64,000 nt of DNA. Origin: Oscillospiraceae bacterium (lineage in GTDB: Bacteria; Bacillota; Clostridia; Oscillospirales; JAAYXM01). The DNA is taken from the NCBI GenBank assembly GCA_017421025.1, contig JAFQME010000024.1, forward strand, positions 2,820 through 66,819, written 5' to 3'. The notes below the pieces were generated by a model. It was not told where the DNA came from. It did no database searches and was given only the letters and a program-made list of their open reading frames with translations. Of this stretch, positions 10,017 through 17,605 are shown piece by piece; position 1 is the first letter of the stretch, and each line of letters starts with the position of its first letter. The translations under genes and the position numbers were made by a program.

Positions 10017-10787
10017 ATGAGAATCATCGATACTTGCGGATATATCGGGAATTGGCCGTTCCGCCGACTCACCCGCAACACGGCGGAAGAAGTAGACAAG
10101 CTCATGCAGGAATTGGGCGCAGATACCTTGTTTGTTGCGTCCTCCGATGCGATTTGCTATAAAAACCCGCAGGACGGCAACGAGGCGCTCTTTGAAGCAC
10201 TCGATGGCAAGAACTTTGCTACTAAGTTCTTGAAGTTTGCGGTCATCCGTCCGGGTTATCCGGGCTGGAAGCATGACATTGATGTTTGCATCAAGGAACT
10301 GGGCTTCTTTGGCTTGGAAATCGCTCCGATGTACCACGATCTTACACAAACGGAAATGGCAGAGTTTTACGCTTATGCGAGTGAACTGGGGGTCCCGGTT
10401 CGCATCAACACCGAGTTTGAAAACTGGCGTCAGCACCACCGCTTGGATGACCACCGTGTCATCAATGCGGGCATGCTGGTCCCCATGCTGAAAGCGGGCG
10501 ATGCTCCGCTCATCGTAAACAGCCTGAGCGGCCCGAATGCAGAGTTCGGAGAGATTGCGAAAGCTCGTGGGAATATCTTTGTGGATATCAACCGTGTGGA
10601 CAGCTTTGCGTCCAACAGCTTGGAATACATGGCAGAGGTCATGGGCACCGATGCACTGTGCGTCGGCACGCGTGCTCCGTTTAGCTATGGCGACGGCAAT
10701 CTGGTAAAGATCATGTTCACTAAGATGTTTAGTGACGAAGACCGTGAGAAAATCGCTTGGAAGAATATTTCCAAAATCATCAAATAA
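10017..10787 (+). CDS. Amidohydrolase-related protein, paired with the upstream gene
   Basis: 257 aa from ATG 10017, 5 nt after the upstream stop. MRIIDTCGYIGNWPF start resembles amidohydrolase-2 relatives that lack the HxH motif. The function call is weak. Confidence 0.6.
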   Translation: MRIIDTCGYIGNWPFRRLTRNTAEEVDKLMQELGADTLFVASSDAICYKNPQDGNEALFEALDGKNFATKFLKFAVIRPGYPGWKHDIDVCIKELGFFGLEIAPMYHDLTQTEMAEFYAYASELGVPVRINTEFENWRQHHRLDDHRVINAGMLVPMLKAGDAPLIVNSLSGPNAEFGEIAKARGNIFVDINRVDSFASNSLEYMAEVMGTDALCVGTRAPFSYGDGNLVKIMFTKMFSDEDREKIAWKNISKIIK

Positions 10788-10838
10788 GGCGGAATCGGAA
10801 AACGACGATCCGCTATATTTGGATCTGTTGTAAGAATT

Positions 10839-10875
10839 AAAAAGCTCGACTGTGAAAACAGTCGAGCTTTTTTTA
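10839..10875. terminator. Bidirectional rho-independent terminator
   Basis: aaaaagctcgactg-tgaaaa-cagtcgagcttttttt, between convergent genes. Confidence 0.85.
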
Positions 10876-11112
10876 TTGGAGGAGTTCGCCCAGTGTGCGG
10901 TCTAAGACTTTTGAGAATGCAAGAAACTCAATGTCAGTGACGAAGCGTTTGCCGCACTCAATTCGCTGGATGGCGTTTTTGTCAATGTCAAGACCATATA
11001 ATTGAAGGCGGTCGGCAAGTTCACGCTGAGAAATCTTGAGTTCTTTACGAAAACGTGCTATGTTTTTGCCGCAAAGATTATTGCTGCCGTCTGAAGATTT
11101 ATTGATAAACAT
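10873..11112 (-). CDS. XRE-family helix-turn-helix transcriptional regulator
   Basis: 79 aa. HTH_3 pattern: IARFRKELKISQRELADRLQLYGLDIDKNAIQRIECGKR. Confidence 0.85.
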   Translation of the reverse strand: MFINKSSDGSNNLCGKNIARFRKELKISQRELADRLQLYGLDIDKNAIQRIECGKRFVTDIEFLAFSKVLDRTLGELLQ

Positions 11113-11228
11113 ATAATTCCCTCACTTGACATTTAGTGCTTGTCAACAAGAAAATTATATGCTATAATAAAACAAAGAATGACATTCACTGAATGTCATT
11201 CTGATGGGAAATCATAAATTCTGTGCGC

Positions 11229-11459
11229 TCAGTCTTCTTCTAACAGTTTTGCGGGTGGAATGTCGAGGACTTGTGCAATTTTGAACAGGGTTTCGAGCGA
11301 GATACCACGCACGGTTCCCGTGCCTTCCACCTGCGCAAGGAAATTGACGCTTTTTCCGATGAGTTCTGCAAAGGCTTCCTGCGTGTAACCCGCTTTCTTT
11401 CGGTGGTATGCAATTTTCAGCCCCATTGTGATATAGCGCTCGGCAAATTCGGTTTTCAT
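11229..11459 (-). CDS. XRE-family helix-turn-helix transcriptional regulator
   Basis: 76 aa. IAYHRKKAGYTQEAFAELIGKSVNFLAQVEG. SD GGAGGCGAGGCG lies upstream of the ATG. Confidence 0.85.
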   Translation of the reverse strand: MKTEFAERYITMGLKIAYHRKKAGYTQEAFAELIGKSVNFLAQVEGTGTVRGISLETLFKIAQVLDIPPAKLLEED

Positions 11460-11594
11460 CGCCTCGCCTCCTTTGTTTGGTATTATTGTATCAACAAACG
11501 GGGGCGACTATAATTTATTCAAAGTATATTTTTATTTACTTTAAGAATAATATGATATATAATAAATCAAGAAAAAATTGTAGGGGTGTGCAGG

Positions 11595-12080
11595 ATGGGG
11601 GAAACGGTTTGCTGTGTGTTTGGGCATCGGAAGATAGAAGTCACCGAGGAGTTGCGGGCGAGAGTGCGGTGTGCGGTGCGGCGACTGGTTGTCGATGAGG
11701 GTGTGGACACGATTTTATTTGGCAGTAAAAGCCGGTTTGACGATTTGTGTCACGAGGTTGTGAGCGAGGAACGAAGTGCGTTTCCGCATCTCAAACGAGT
11801 TTATGTCCGTGCGGAGTTTCCGTATCTTACAAAGCAGTACACCGAGTATTTGCTGGAATCCTATGAAGAAACCTATTTCCCGCAGGGATTGGAACGTGCC
11901 GGACATGCGGTGTATGTGGAGCGGAATTTTGAAATGATTCGGCGCAGTCAGTTTTGTCTGATTTATTATGATCCATTGTATTCCCCTCGTGGGCGAAAGA
12001 GTGGGACAAAAATCGCTTACGATTATGCGAAGAAACAGGAGAGAGAGATCATCAATTTGTTCCCAAAGGGCGGTACTTGA
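11595..12080 (+). CDS. DUF1273/SLOG-like protein (YoqJ-type)
   Basis: 161 aa from ATG 11595. CCVFGHRKI...VDTILFGSKSRFDDLC resembles the DUF1273 Rossmann-like fold. Recognition is by eye only. Confidence 0.5.
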   Translation: MGETVCCVFGHRKIEVTEELRARVRCAVRRLVVDEGVDTILFGSKSRFDDLCHEVVSEERSAFPHLKRVYVRAEFPYLTKQYTEYLLESYEETYFPQGLERAGHAVYVERNFEMIRRSQFCLIYYDPLYSPRGRKSGTKIAYDYAKKQEREIINLFPKGGT

Positions 12081-12096
12081 AGTACCGCCCTTTTTA
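12068..12096 (+). terminator. Rho-independent terminator (stop codon lies in the loop)
   Basis: gggcggtact-tga-agtaccgccc followed by ttttt. Confidence 0.8.
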
Positions 12097-12105
12097 TGGT
12101 ATGAT
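12077..12105 (+). promoter_or_regulatory. Putative promoter for the PHP-mntP-(Cys-tail proteins)-rSAM gene string
   Basis: TTGAAG (12077..12082), 17-nt spacer, TATGAT (12100..12105) with TGg extended -10. Overlaps the preceding terminator. Confidence 0.4.
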
Positions 12106-12125
12106 AGCCAAAGAGGTGAAATAGA

Positions 12126-12833
12126 ATGTATCGATATGAAACCCATTTGCACACCTATCCTGTGAGCAGATGTGCAAAGGCGGGGGTACGTGAGACACTG
12201 GATTTTTACAAGAGTCTTGATTATGATGGGGTGTTTCTCACCAATCATTTTTTGGATGGAAACATCAATCTTGACCGAGACCTGTCGTTTGAGAAACAGA
12301 TGGAGTTTTATCTGTCGGATTATGAGGAGGCGCTCGCTTACGGAAAAGAAATTGGGCTGCGTGTGTTTTTTGCACCTGAGATTTCCTATGCGGGCACTGA
12401 TTTTTTAATTTACGGCTTTCTGCCGCAGTGGTACCTGGACCATCCCGAGATTTTGGAGATGGACAAACGAAGTGAACTGGAATTTCTCATGGCAGAGGGG
12501 GCAACTGTGATTCATGCGCACCCGTACCGTGAGGCGGACTACATTGACCATATTCGGTTATATCCGAGAAGTGTGCACGGTGTGGAGGTGTTAAACACCT
12601 GCCGCACGGATTTGGAAAACCAAATGGCGGAGGCGTATGCAACGGCGTACGGACTCCTCAGATTTGCAGGAAGCGACAACCATTTCGGCAGCGGTATGAA
12701 ACGTCTTGCCGGGATGTGCTCGGAAACTCCGATTCGAGATGAGCGGGATTTTGCAGAGCGTGTCCTGAAAAGCCAAATGCAACTTTTCACATTGGAAAGG
12801 GACGAGGAGACTTGGACATTCAATTTGTATTAA
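12126..12833 (+). CDS. PHP-domain (histidinol-phosphatase-like) metal-dependent phosphoesterase
   Basis: 235 aa. N-terminal YETHLHTYPVSRCA (HxH motif), later VIHAHPYRE and GSDNH. Confidence 0.75.
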   Translation: MYRYETHLHTYPVSRCAKAGVRETLDFYKSLDYDGVFLTNHFLDGNINLDRDLSFEKQMEFYLSDYEEALAYGKEIGLRVFFAPEISYAGTDFLIYGFLPQWYLDHPEILEMDKRSELEFLMAEGATVIHAHPYREADYIDHIRLYPRSVHGVEVLNTCRTDLENQMAEAYATAYGLLRFAGSDNHFGSGMKRLAGMCSETPIRDERDFAERVLKSQMQLFTLERDEETWTFNLY

Positions 12834-13384
12834 GCAGCGCTCTCTTGGGATTTGCACTTGCGATGGACGCATTTTCGGTCTCCCTTGCAAACGGGCTCAA
12901 TGAGCCGTGCATGAAACTTCCGAAACTACTCGGGATTGCCGGGGTGTTTGCGGCGTTTCAGGCGCTGATGCCCATGATTGGATGGGTGTGTGTTCACACC
13001 ATGGTGGAGAAATTCACCGTGTTTGCCGGGTGGATTCCGTATATCGCACTTGTGCTTCTCTGCTACATCGGCGGGAATATGATTTACGAGGGCTTGCGAG
13101 GGGACTGTGACGAATGTCTCAAAGTCGGGCTTTTGGCGCTGTTGGGGCAGGGGATTGCAACCTCGATTGACGCACTTTCGGTGGGCTTTACCATCTCGGA
13201 GTACGGTGTGTTGGACGCAGTTTTAGCCTCCCTCATCATTGCGGCGGTCACGTTTGTGGTGTGTACTGCCGGGGGGTTCATCGGAAAGAGTGCGGGGACC
13301 AAGCTTGCAGGAAAGGCGAATATCCTCGGCGGCGTGATTCTGGTCGCCATCGGAATCAAGATTTTTTTAGACGGAGTGTTATAA
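12812..13384 (+). CDS. mntP: Manganese efflux pump MntP
   Basis: 190 aa, 6 hydrophobic helices. Duplicated DAFSV/DALSVG motifs: FALAMDAFSVSLANG and ATSIDALSVGFT. TTG start overlaps the PHP gene by 22 nt. Confidence 0.8.
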   Translation: MDIQFVLSSALLGFALAMDAFSVSLANGLNEPCMKLPKLLGIAGVFAAFQALMPMIGWVCVHTMVEKFTVFAGWIPYIALVLLCYIGGNMIYEGLRGDCDECLKVGLLALLGQGIATSIDALSVGFTISEYGVLDAVLASLIIAAVTFVVCTAGGFIGKSAGTKLAGKANILGGVILVAIGIKIFLDGVL

Positions 13385-13402
13385 AAATAAGGGGGATTTG
13401 AA

Positions 13403-14581
13403 ATGGGTGAAGGTGATTTGACAATACTCGTCACAATTGCGGGCATTGCTTTGATTGTGTATGGGATGAAGAAAAAGAATCAGAAGATTGTGGTGTTTTC
13501 TGCCATTGGTTTGGCGCTTGCTTACGTTGCGTATTTCTGCGCAATCAATGAGATTCCGTGGGCGCTTCGGAAAATCCGGGGTGAGGATTTCATCGGACAG
13601 TGGATGGCGTTATTCGGGATTTTGATGCTCGGCTCACTTGCTGTGACATTGATTCTCTCGCTTGTGGAACTGTTCGTGTGTCTTGGTGCGGCGAAGAGCA
13701 AGGCGTATAGCAGTGAGGATTTGATGCTTCTGCGCAAGCTTGACCGCTATCAAATGGTTGGGTATTACCTGCTGAAAGGCAGACTGGACGGAATCTTGCA
13801 ATGCAAATATTCAAAAAAGAAGGGTGGACGGGTTGAACTCAACCCGAATTGGACCGAGCAAGTAAGACGCACGTATTGCGAGACGAATCCGCAGATCAAG
13901 CAGATTGTGGCATATATTGCAGGCGCATCCAAGGAAAACAACGAGGAAAGAATTTATGCCACCAAAAACACGAAAACTTTATCTGCCATTGTGAAGAAGG
14001 TAGATATCACATCCGGACGTGGCAGGAAATTGATCGTCAAATTCATTCGGAAAGCGAAACCGATTTCTTTGGCGGTGTTGTTTGGACTTGCAGTCGGCGG
14101 TTATTTTGTTGGGTATACGAAACTTCTGATGGGTCTGTATCGTGGTAAAGCGGTGGGAGGCTTGGTGGGGACATTGTTGGTGCTGGCACCAATGTTTACG
14201 ACCATGTGCTATGCCATCAACCGTGGGATTTACGATGCAATGGGTTTTTTGATCAAGCGAAGTCTTGACCGTCAATCAAAACGATTCAAGGGCGTTGAGA
14301 AACCCTTCGAATGTGAGTTCGATGCGAACTTGACCGACGAAGAAAAGGCCGGTATTTTGCGAGCGTATGTGATGAGTGGCGATTTGAAGCGCTACACCAA
14401 TACGGAAGAAGACAAACGGTTTTTGACCTATGTGCTCGGCTCGGTGGTTGTGGCACAAGCGGCAGCGGCAAGGGCGGTAGCAGCGGCAAAGGCGGCGGCA
14501 AGAGCGTCGTCTTCCGGCGGCGGATGCAGTGGCTGCAGCAGTTGCAGCAGTTGTGGTGGCTGCGGCGGCTGTGGTGATTAA
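13403..14581 (+). CDS. Polytopic membrane protein, paralog A, with C-terminal Cys-x-x ladder (...GGGCSGCSSCSSCGGCGGCGD)
   Basis: 392 aa. SD AGGGGGA. About 5 hydrophobic helices. Blocks shared with B and C: INEIPWALRKIRGEDF, DLMLLRKLDRY..GYYLLKGRLDGIL, GGYFVGYTKLLMGLYRGK, LRAYVM. An Ala-rich stretch precedes the tail. I recognise no known family. Confidence 0.9.
   Translation: MGEGDLTILVTIAGIALIVYGMKKKNQKIVVFSAIGLALAYVAYFCAINEIPWALRKIRGEDFIGQWMALFGILMLGSLAVTLILSLVELFVCLGAAKSKAYSSEDLMLLRKLDRYQMVGYYLLKGRLDGILQCKYSKKKGGRVELNPNWTEQVRRTYCETNPQIKQIVAYIAGASKENNEERIYATKNTKTLSAIVKKVDITSGRGRKLIVKFIRKAKPISLAVLFGLAVGGYFVGYTKLLMGLYRGKAVGGLVGTLLVLAPMFTTMCYAINRGIYDAMGFLIKRSLDRQSKRFKGVEKPFECEFDANLTDEEKAGILRAYVMSGDLKRYTNTEEDKRFLTYVLGSVVVAQAAAARAVAAAKAAARASSSGGGCSGCSSCSSCGGCGGCGD
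14507..14578 (+). repeat. Coding triplet-periodic Cys tail of paralog A (6 Cys at 3-residue spacing, ends CGD)
   Basis: tcg tct tcc ggc ggc gga tgc agt ggc tgc agc agt tgc agc agt tgt ggt ggc tgc ggc ggc tgt ggt gat. Confidence 0.95.
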
Positions 14582-14607
14582 GGAATAGAAATTGGGGGGG
14601 ATTTGAG

Positions 14608-16146
14608 ATGAAAGTATTAAAAGGAATTGCGTGTACGGTGCTCTCGATTGTGTTTCTCGCACTGGTTGGATTGCTGATCCTCTTTCCGTTTGCGCTGATG
14701 GATAACGGTGAGAGTTGGAAAGAAGCATTGATTGGTGCTGTGGTGATTGCCGGGGTATGCGCCGGCATTGGCGTGCTTTTGTGGAAGTTGTCCCACACTG
14801 CAATTCAGGTGTGCGGACTCATTCTTGCGCTTTGTGTTGTTATTGGATTGCCTATCGGTTTGTTTGAAAGCGAATCGGTGGGGGGCACAACACTCTTTGT
14901 GACGATCATTGGAATTGTATTGATCGTGCTTGGAGTGACAAACCAAAAGAAGCTGCGTGTGGTGTTTTCCGGCATCGGATTAGCACTCTCTTATGTTGCC
15001 GCATACTGCGCGGTCAATGAAATCCCGTGGGCGATTCGAAAAATCCGGGGTGAGGAGTTTCTCGGACAATGGACCCTGTTGTTTGTGATTTTGATGCTGG
15101 TATCGCTTGCAATCACCGCTTTACTTGCACTCAATACGACATACAAACATCGTGATGAGGCAAAGGACAAGCTGTATTTTGACGGGGATTTGATGATCTT
15201 ACGCAAGTTTGACCGTTATCGCAAAATTGGATATTACATCTTAAAAGCAAGACTGCACGGGATTTTGCAGTACGAGTATCAAGAGGACAAGGGTGGCGTT
15301 GTCAGATTTAACCCGGATTTCACCGAGGAAGAAAAGCGTGCGTATTGCGAGGTAAATCCGCAGGTCAAGCGGATTTTGGCATACGTTGTGGAAAAGCACT
15401 TTGAGGAAGAGCTGGAAAGTGAACTTAGCTCGTTGGTCAAGGAACAAGGTTTGCTTGATGGATGGAATCAATACAAAGCAAACCTCGAGGAACGAGTTTA
15501 TACCACCCGAAACACGAAGTGGGTGCGTGTGGCAGACATTGTATCGAACGTGGAAGCAAAGCCGGAAATTCAGAGCGACGGCGGAACATTTGCAAGCAAA
15601 ATCATTGAGCGAATGAGAACGGTTTTCAAGAGTGTATTTTGGAGTCTTGTGCTCGGCGGCTATTTTGTTGGGTATACCAAGCTTTTGATGGGCCTGCATC
15701 GTGGCAAAGAAGTGGGCAATCTGACCGCACTGCTGCTTTTGGGGGCACCGATCATCGCAGCGATTGCATATTTTATCAATCGCTGGATTTGTGAGAAGCT
15801 GATGGATTGGTTTGTGGCAAGCATCATCAAACACAAAACAAAACACTTTAAGGACATGGAAACACTCTTTAAGACCCACAACTTTGATTCCATTCCGACC
15901 ACCGAAGAGATGACCCGTGTTTTGAGAGCATATGTGCTCTATGACTACGATGCGAAGTATTACACTGCGGCGGAAGAGGACGGGTTGTTTGCAACCGATG
16001 TGTTCAAGTCGGTAGTGGCAGCACAGGTGGCTGCAGCTGCGGCTGCGGCGGCAAAACGGTCGTCGTCTTCCGATGGCGGCTGCAGCGGTTGTGGCGGCTG
16101 TGGCGGCTGCGGTGGCTGCGGCGGTTGTGGCGGTTGTGGAGATTAA
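14608..16146 (+). CDS. Polytopic membrane protein, paralog B, with C-terminal (CGG)n-CGD tail
   Basis: 512 aa. SD GGGGGGA. Has an extra ~100-aa N-terminal hydrophobic extension, then the same conserved blocks: INEIPWAIRKIRGEEF, DLMILRKFDRY, GGYFVGYTKLLMGLHRGKEVGNL, LRAYVL. Ends VAAQVAAAAAAAAKRSSSSDGGCSGCGGCGGCGGCGGCGGCGD. Confidence 0.9.
   Translation: MKVLKGIACTVLSIVFLALVGLLILFPFALMDNGESWKEALIGAVVIAGVCAGIGVLLWKLSHTAIQVCGLILALCVVIGLPIGLFESESVGGTTLFVTIIGIVLIVLGVTNQKKLRVVFSGIGLALSYVAAYCAVNEIPWAIRKIRGEEFLGQWTLLFVILMLVSLAITALLALNTTYKHRDEAKDKLYFDGDLMILRKFDRYRKIGYYILKARLHGILQYEYQEDKGGVVRFNPDFTEEEKRAYCEVNPQVKRILAYVVEKHFEEELESELSSLVKEQGLLDGWNQYKANLEERVYTTRNTKWVRVADIVSNVEAKPEIQSDGGTFASKIIERMRTVFKSVFWSLVLGGYFVGYTKLLMGLHRGKEVGNLTALLLLGAPIIAAIAYFINRWICEKLMDWFVASIIKHKTKHFKDMETLFKTHNFDSIPTTEEMTRVLRAYVLYDYDAKYYTAAEEDGLFATDVFKSVVAAQVAAAAAAAAKRSSSSDGGCSGCGGCGGCGGCGGCGGCGD
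16060..16143 (+). repeat. Coding Cys-Gly-Gly tail of paralog B (7 Cys)
   Basis: 16081 onward reads tgc agc ggt tgt ggc ggc tgt ggc ggc tgc ggt ggc tgc ggc ggt tgt ggc ggt tgt gga gat taa. Synonymous codons are mixed. Confidence 0.95.
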
Positions 16147-16171
16147 AACCAGGATGGTATCGGAGGATAAA

Positions 16172-17602
16172 ATGGACGGGGAAAAGAGAACGATTTGGAC
16201 GAGGATGAAAGAATTCTGTTGCAATTCGAATGTTCAAGTGGTCGTGGGCGGTATCGTATTTTTTGCTTTGATTTTCTTTTTCTGCGCAAACGAGGATATT
16301 GTGCAAGATGAGACCTTTTCGCTGACGATAGCGGCTACGATAGTCGGTGCAGGCTTGATAGTTGCCGGGGTTATTGGCAAACGAAACAGACTTGCGACCT
16401 TTTCTGCAATTTCGTTGGGATTGTATTATGTGATTTGGATTGGCGCAATCAATGAGGTCCCGTCTGTGATCCGAAAGATCCAAGGAGAGGAGTTCTTGGC
16501 GCTTTGGCCTTTCTTGTTTGCTTGCATTGTGGGGCTTTCACTTCTTGTGACAATGCGGGTATGCAAACGTTATTTTCATCGGAAGAGCGCCGAGGCGAAT
16601 GAGAAGATTTATTCGGACGGGGATTTGATGATCCTGCTTGGGTTTGATCGATACGATCGGGTCGGCTATTACCTGTTCAAGGCAAGACTGCATGGGATTT
16701 TGACGTATGAGAAAACAGCGGATGGCATCACTGTCACACTGAATCCTGCACTCAGTGAATCGGAAAAACGGGCGTACTGTGCAGAGAATCCGAATGTAAT
16801 GCAGATTTTGCGTTACATCGTGGAACGGGACTTCGCCGTGAAATGCGAGGAAGAGTACAAAGCGATTTTGGATGAGTTCAAGAGGAATCCCAAAACGCAA
16901 CGCCAGATTGCGGATCGATTCTTGGAGAGGATGGAGGAGCGTCTCTATACCACAAAAGAGGTGCAACCGCTTCCGACCGATACGGTTGTGAGGAGCGTGA
17001 ATCTGAATCTGCGGATTCAGAGTGATGGCGGGAAATTTATTGAAACAATCGTCAAGAATGTAAAGCGCATTGTAAAGAATATCTGGATCAGCTTCTTGAT
17101 CGGTGGATATTCGATTGGGCTTTCAAAACTTTTGATGGGCATACACCGTGGCAAAGAAGTGGGCAATTTGGTGTTTTGCATGTTCTGGCTCGGAGCAATC
17201 GCCATAGGTGTTTGCTATTGGGGAAATAAAAAGATTGTGGAAAATGCGTACCAACAGTTTTTGTGCAGCCTCAAGGAGTACAAATCAAAGAATTTTCATC
17301 AGATTCAAGAAATGCTGGATCATTTTGATTTCGACTCAATTCCGACTGAGGATGAGGCGAAACGGGTTTTGAGGGCGTACGTTTTGCGTGATCGCAGCAA
17401 GTGGACACCGCTCAAACCGGAAGATCCGGTTCGTTTTTCGAGTGATATTTTCCGTGCGGTGGTTGTGGCACATGCAATCGCACAGATGCCATCCAAAACA
17501 ACTTCCAACGACGCCGGCGGCTGCGGCTGTGGAGGCTGTGGTGGCTGTGGCGGTTGCGGCGGATGCGGTGGCTGCGGCGGTTGCGGCGGTTGTGGAGATT
17601 AA
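16172..17602 (+). CDS. Polytopic membrane protein, paralog C, with C-terminal (CGG)n-CGD tail
   Basis: 476 aa from ATG 16172 (SD GGAGG 6 nt upstream). The track start 16073 is an out-of-frame read through the tail repeat of B. Blocks: INEVPSVIRKIQGEEF, DLMILLGFDRY, GGYSIGLSKLLMGIHRGKEVGNL, LRAYVL. Ends ...NDAGGCGCGGCGGCGGCGGCGGCGGCGGCGD. Confidence 0.88.
   Translation: MDGEKRTIWTRMKEFCCNSNVQVVVGGIVFFALIFFFCANEDIVQDETFSLTIAATIVGAGLIVAGVIGKRNRLATFSAISLGLYYVIWIGAINEVPSVIRKIQGEEFLALWPFLFACIVGLSLLVTMRVCKRYFHRKSAEANEKIYSDGDLMILLGFDRYDRVGYYLFKARLHGILTYEKTADGITVTLNPALSESEKRAYCAENPNVMQILRYIVERDFAVKCEEEYKAILDEFKRNPKTQRQIADRFLERMEERLYTTKEVQPLPTDTVVRSVNLNLRIQSDGGKFIETIVKNVKRIVKNIWISFLIGGYSIGLSKLLMGIHRGKEVGNLVFCMFWLGAIAIGVCYWGNKKIVENAYQQFLCSLKEYKSKNFHQIQEMLDHFDFDSIPTEDEAKRVLRAYVLRDRSKWTPLKPEDPVRFSSDIFRAVVVAHAIAQMPSKTTSNDAGGCGCGGCGGCGGCGGCGGCGGCGGCGD
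17516..17599 (+). repeat. Coding Cys-Gly-Gly tail of paralog C (9 Cys)
   Basis: ggc ggc tgc ggc tgt gga ggc tgt ggt ggc tgt ggc ggt tgc ggc gga tgc ggt ggc tgc ggc ggt tgc ggc ggt tgt gga gat. Confidence 0.95.
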
Positions 17603-17605
17603 GCG

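Noticed and set aside
10873-12080. Prophage remnant or toxin-antitoxin module around the two XRE regulators and the DUF1273/SLOG-like gene
   Set aside because: No integrase, recombinase, phage structural gene, att-like repeat or recognisable toxin lies nearby. Composition is not distinct from the flanks. It was left as ordinary annotation.
14276-14803. Minus-strand ORFs crossing the Cys-tail repeats (14276..14803, 15241..16224, 17336..17803) with TTAAATAAAT-like runs
   Set aside because: They are reverse-complement readings of the TGY-GGN-GGN and GCN-rich tails (GCC/ACC/GCA codons). They span gene boundaries and lack start signals.
16073-16171. N-terminal extension of paralog C (MAAAAVVAAVAAAV...)
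   Set aside because: It is an alternative-frame read of the tail repeat of paralog B and overlaps B's coding end. ATG 16172 with GGAGG is the credible start.
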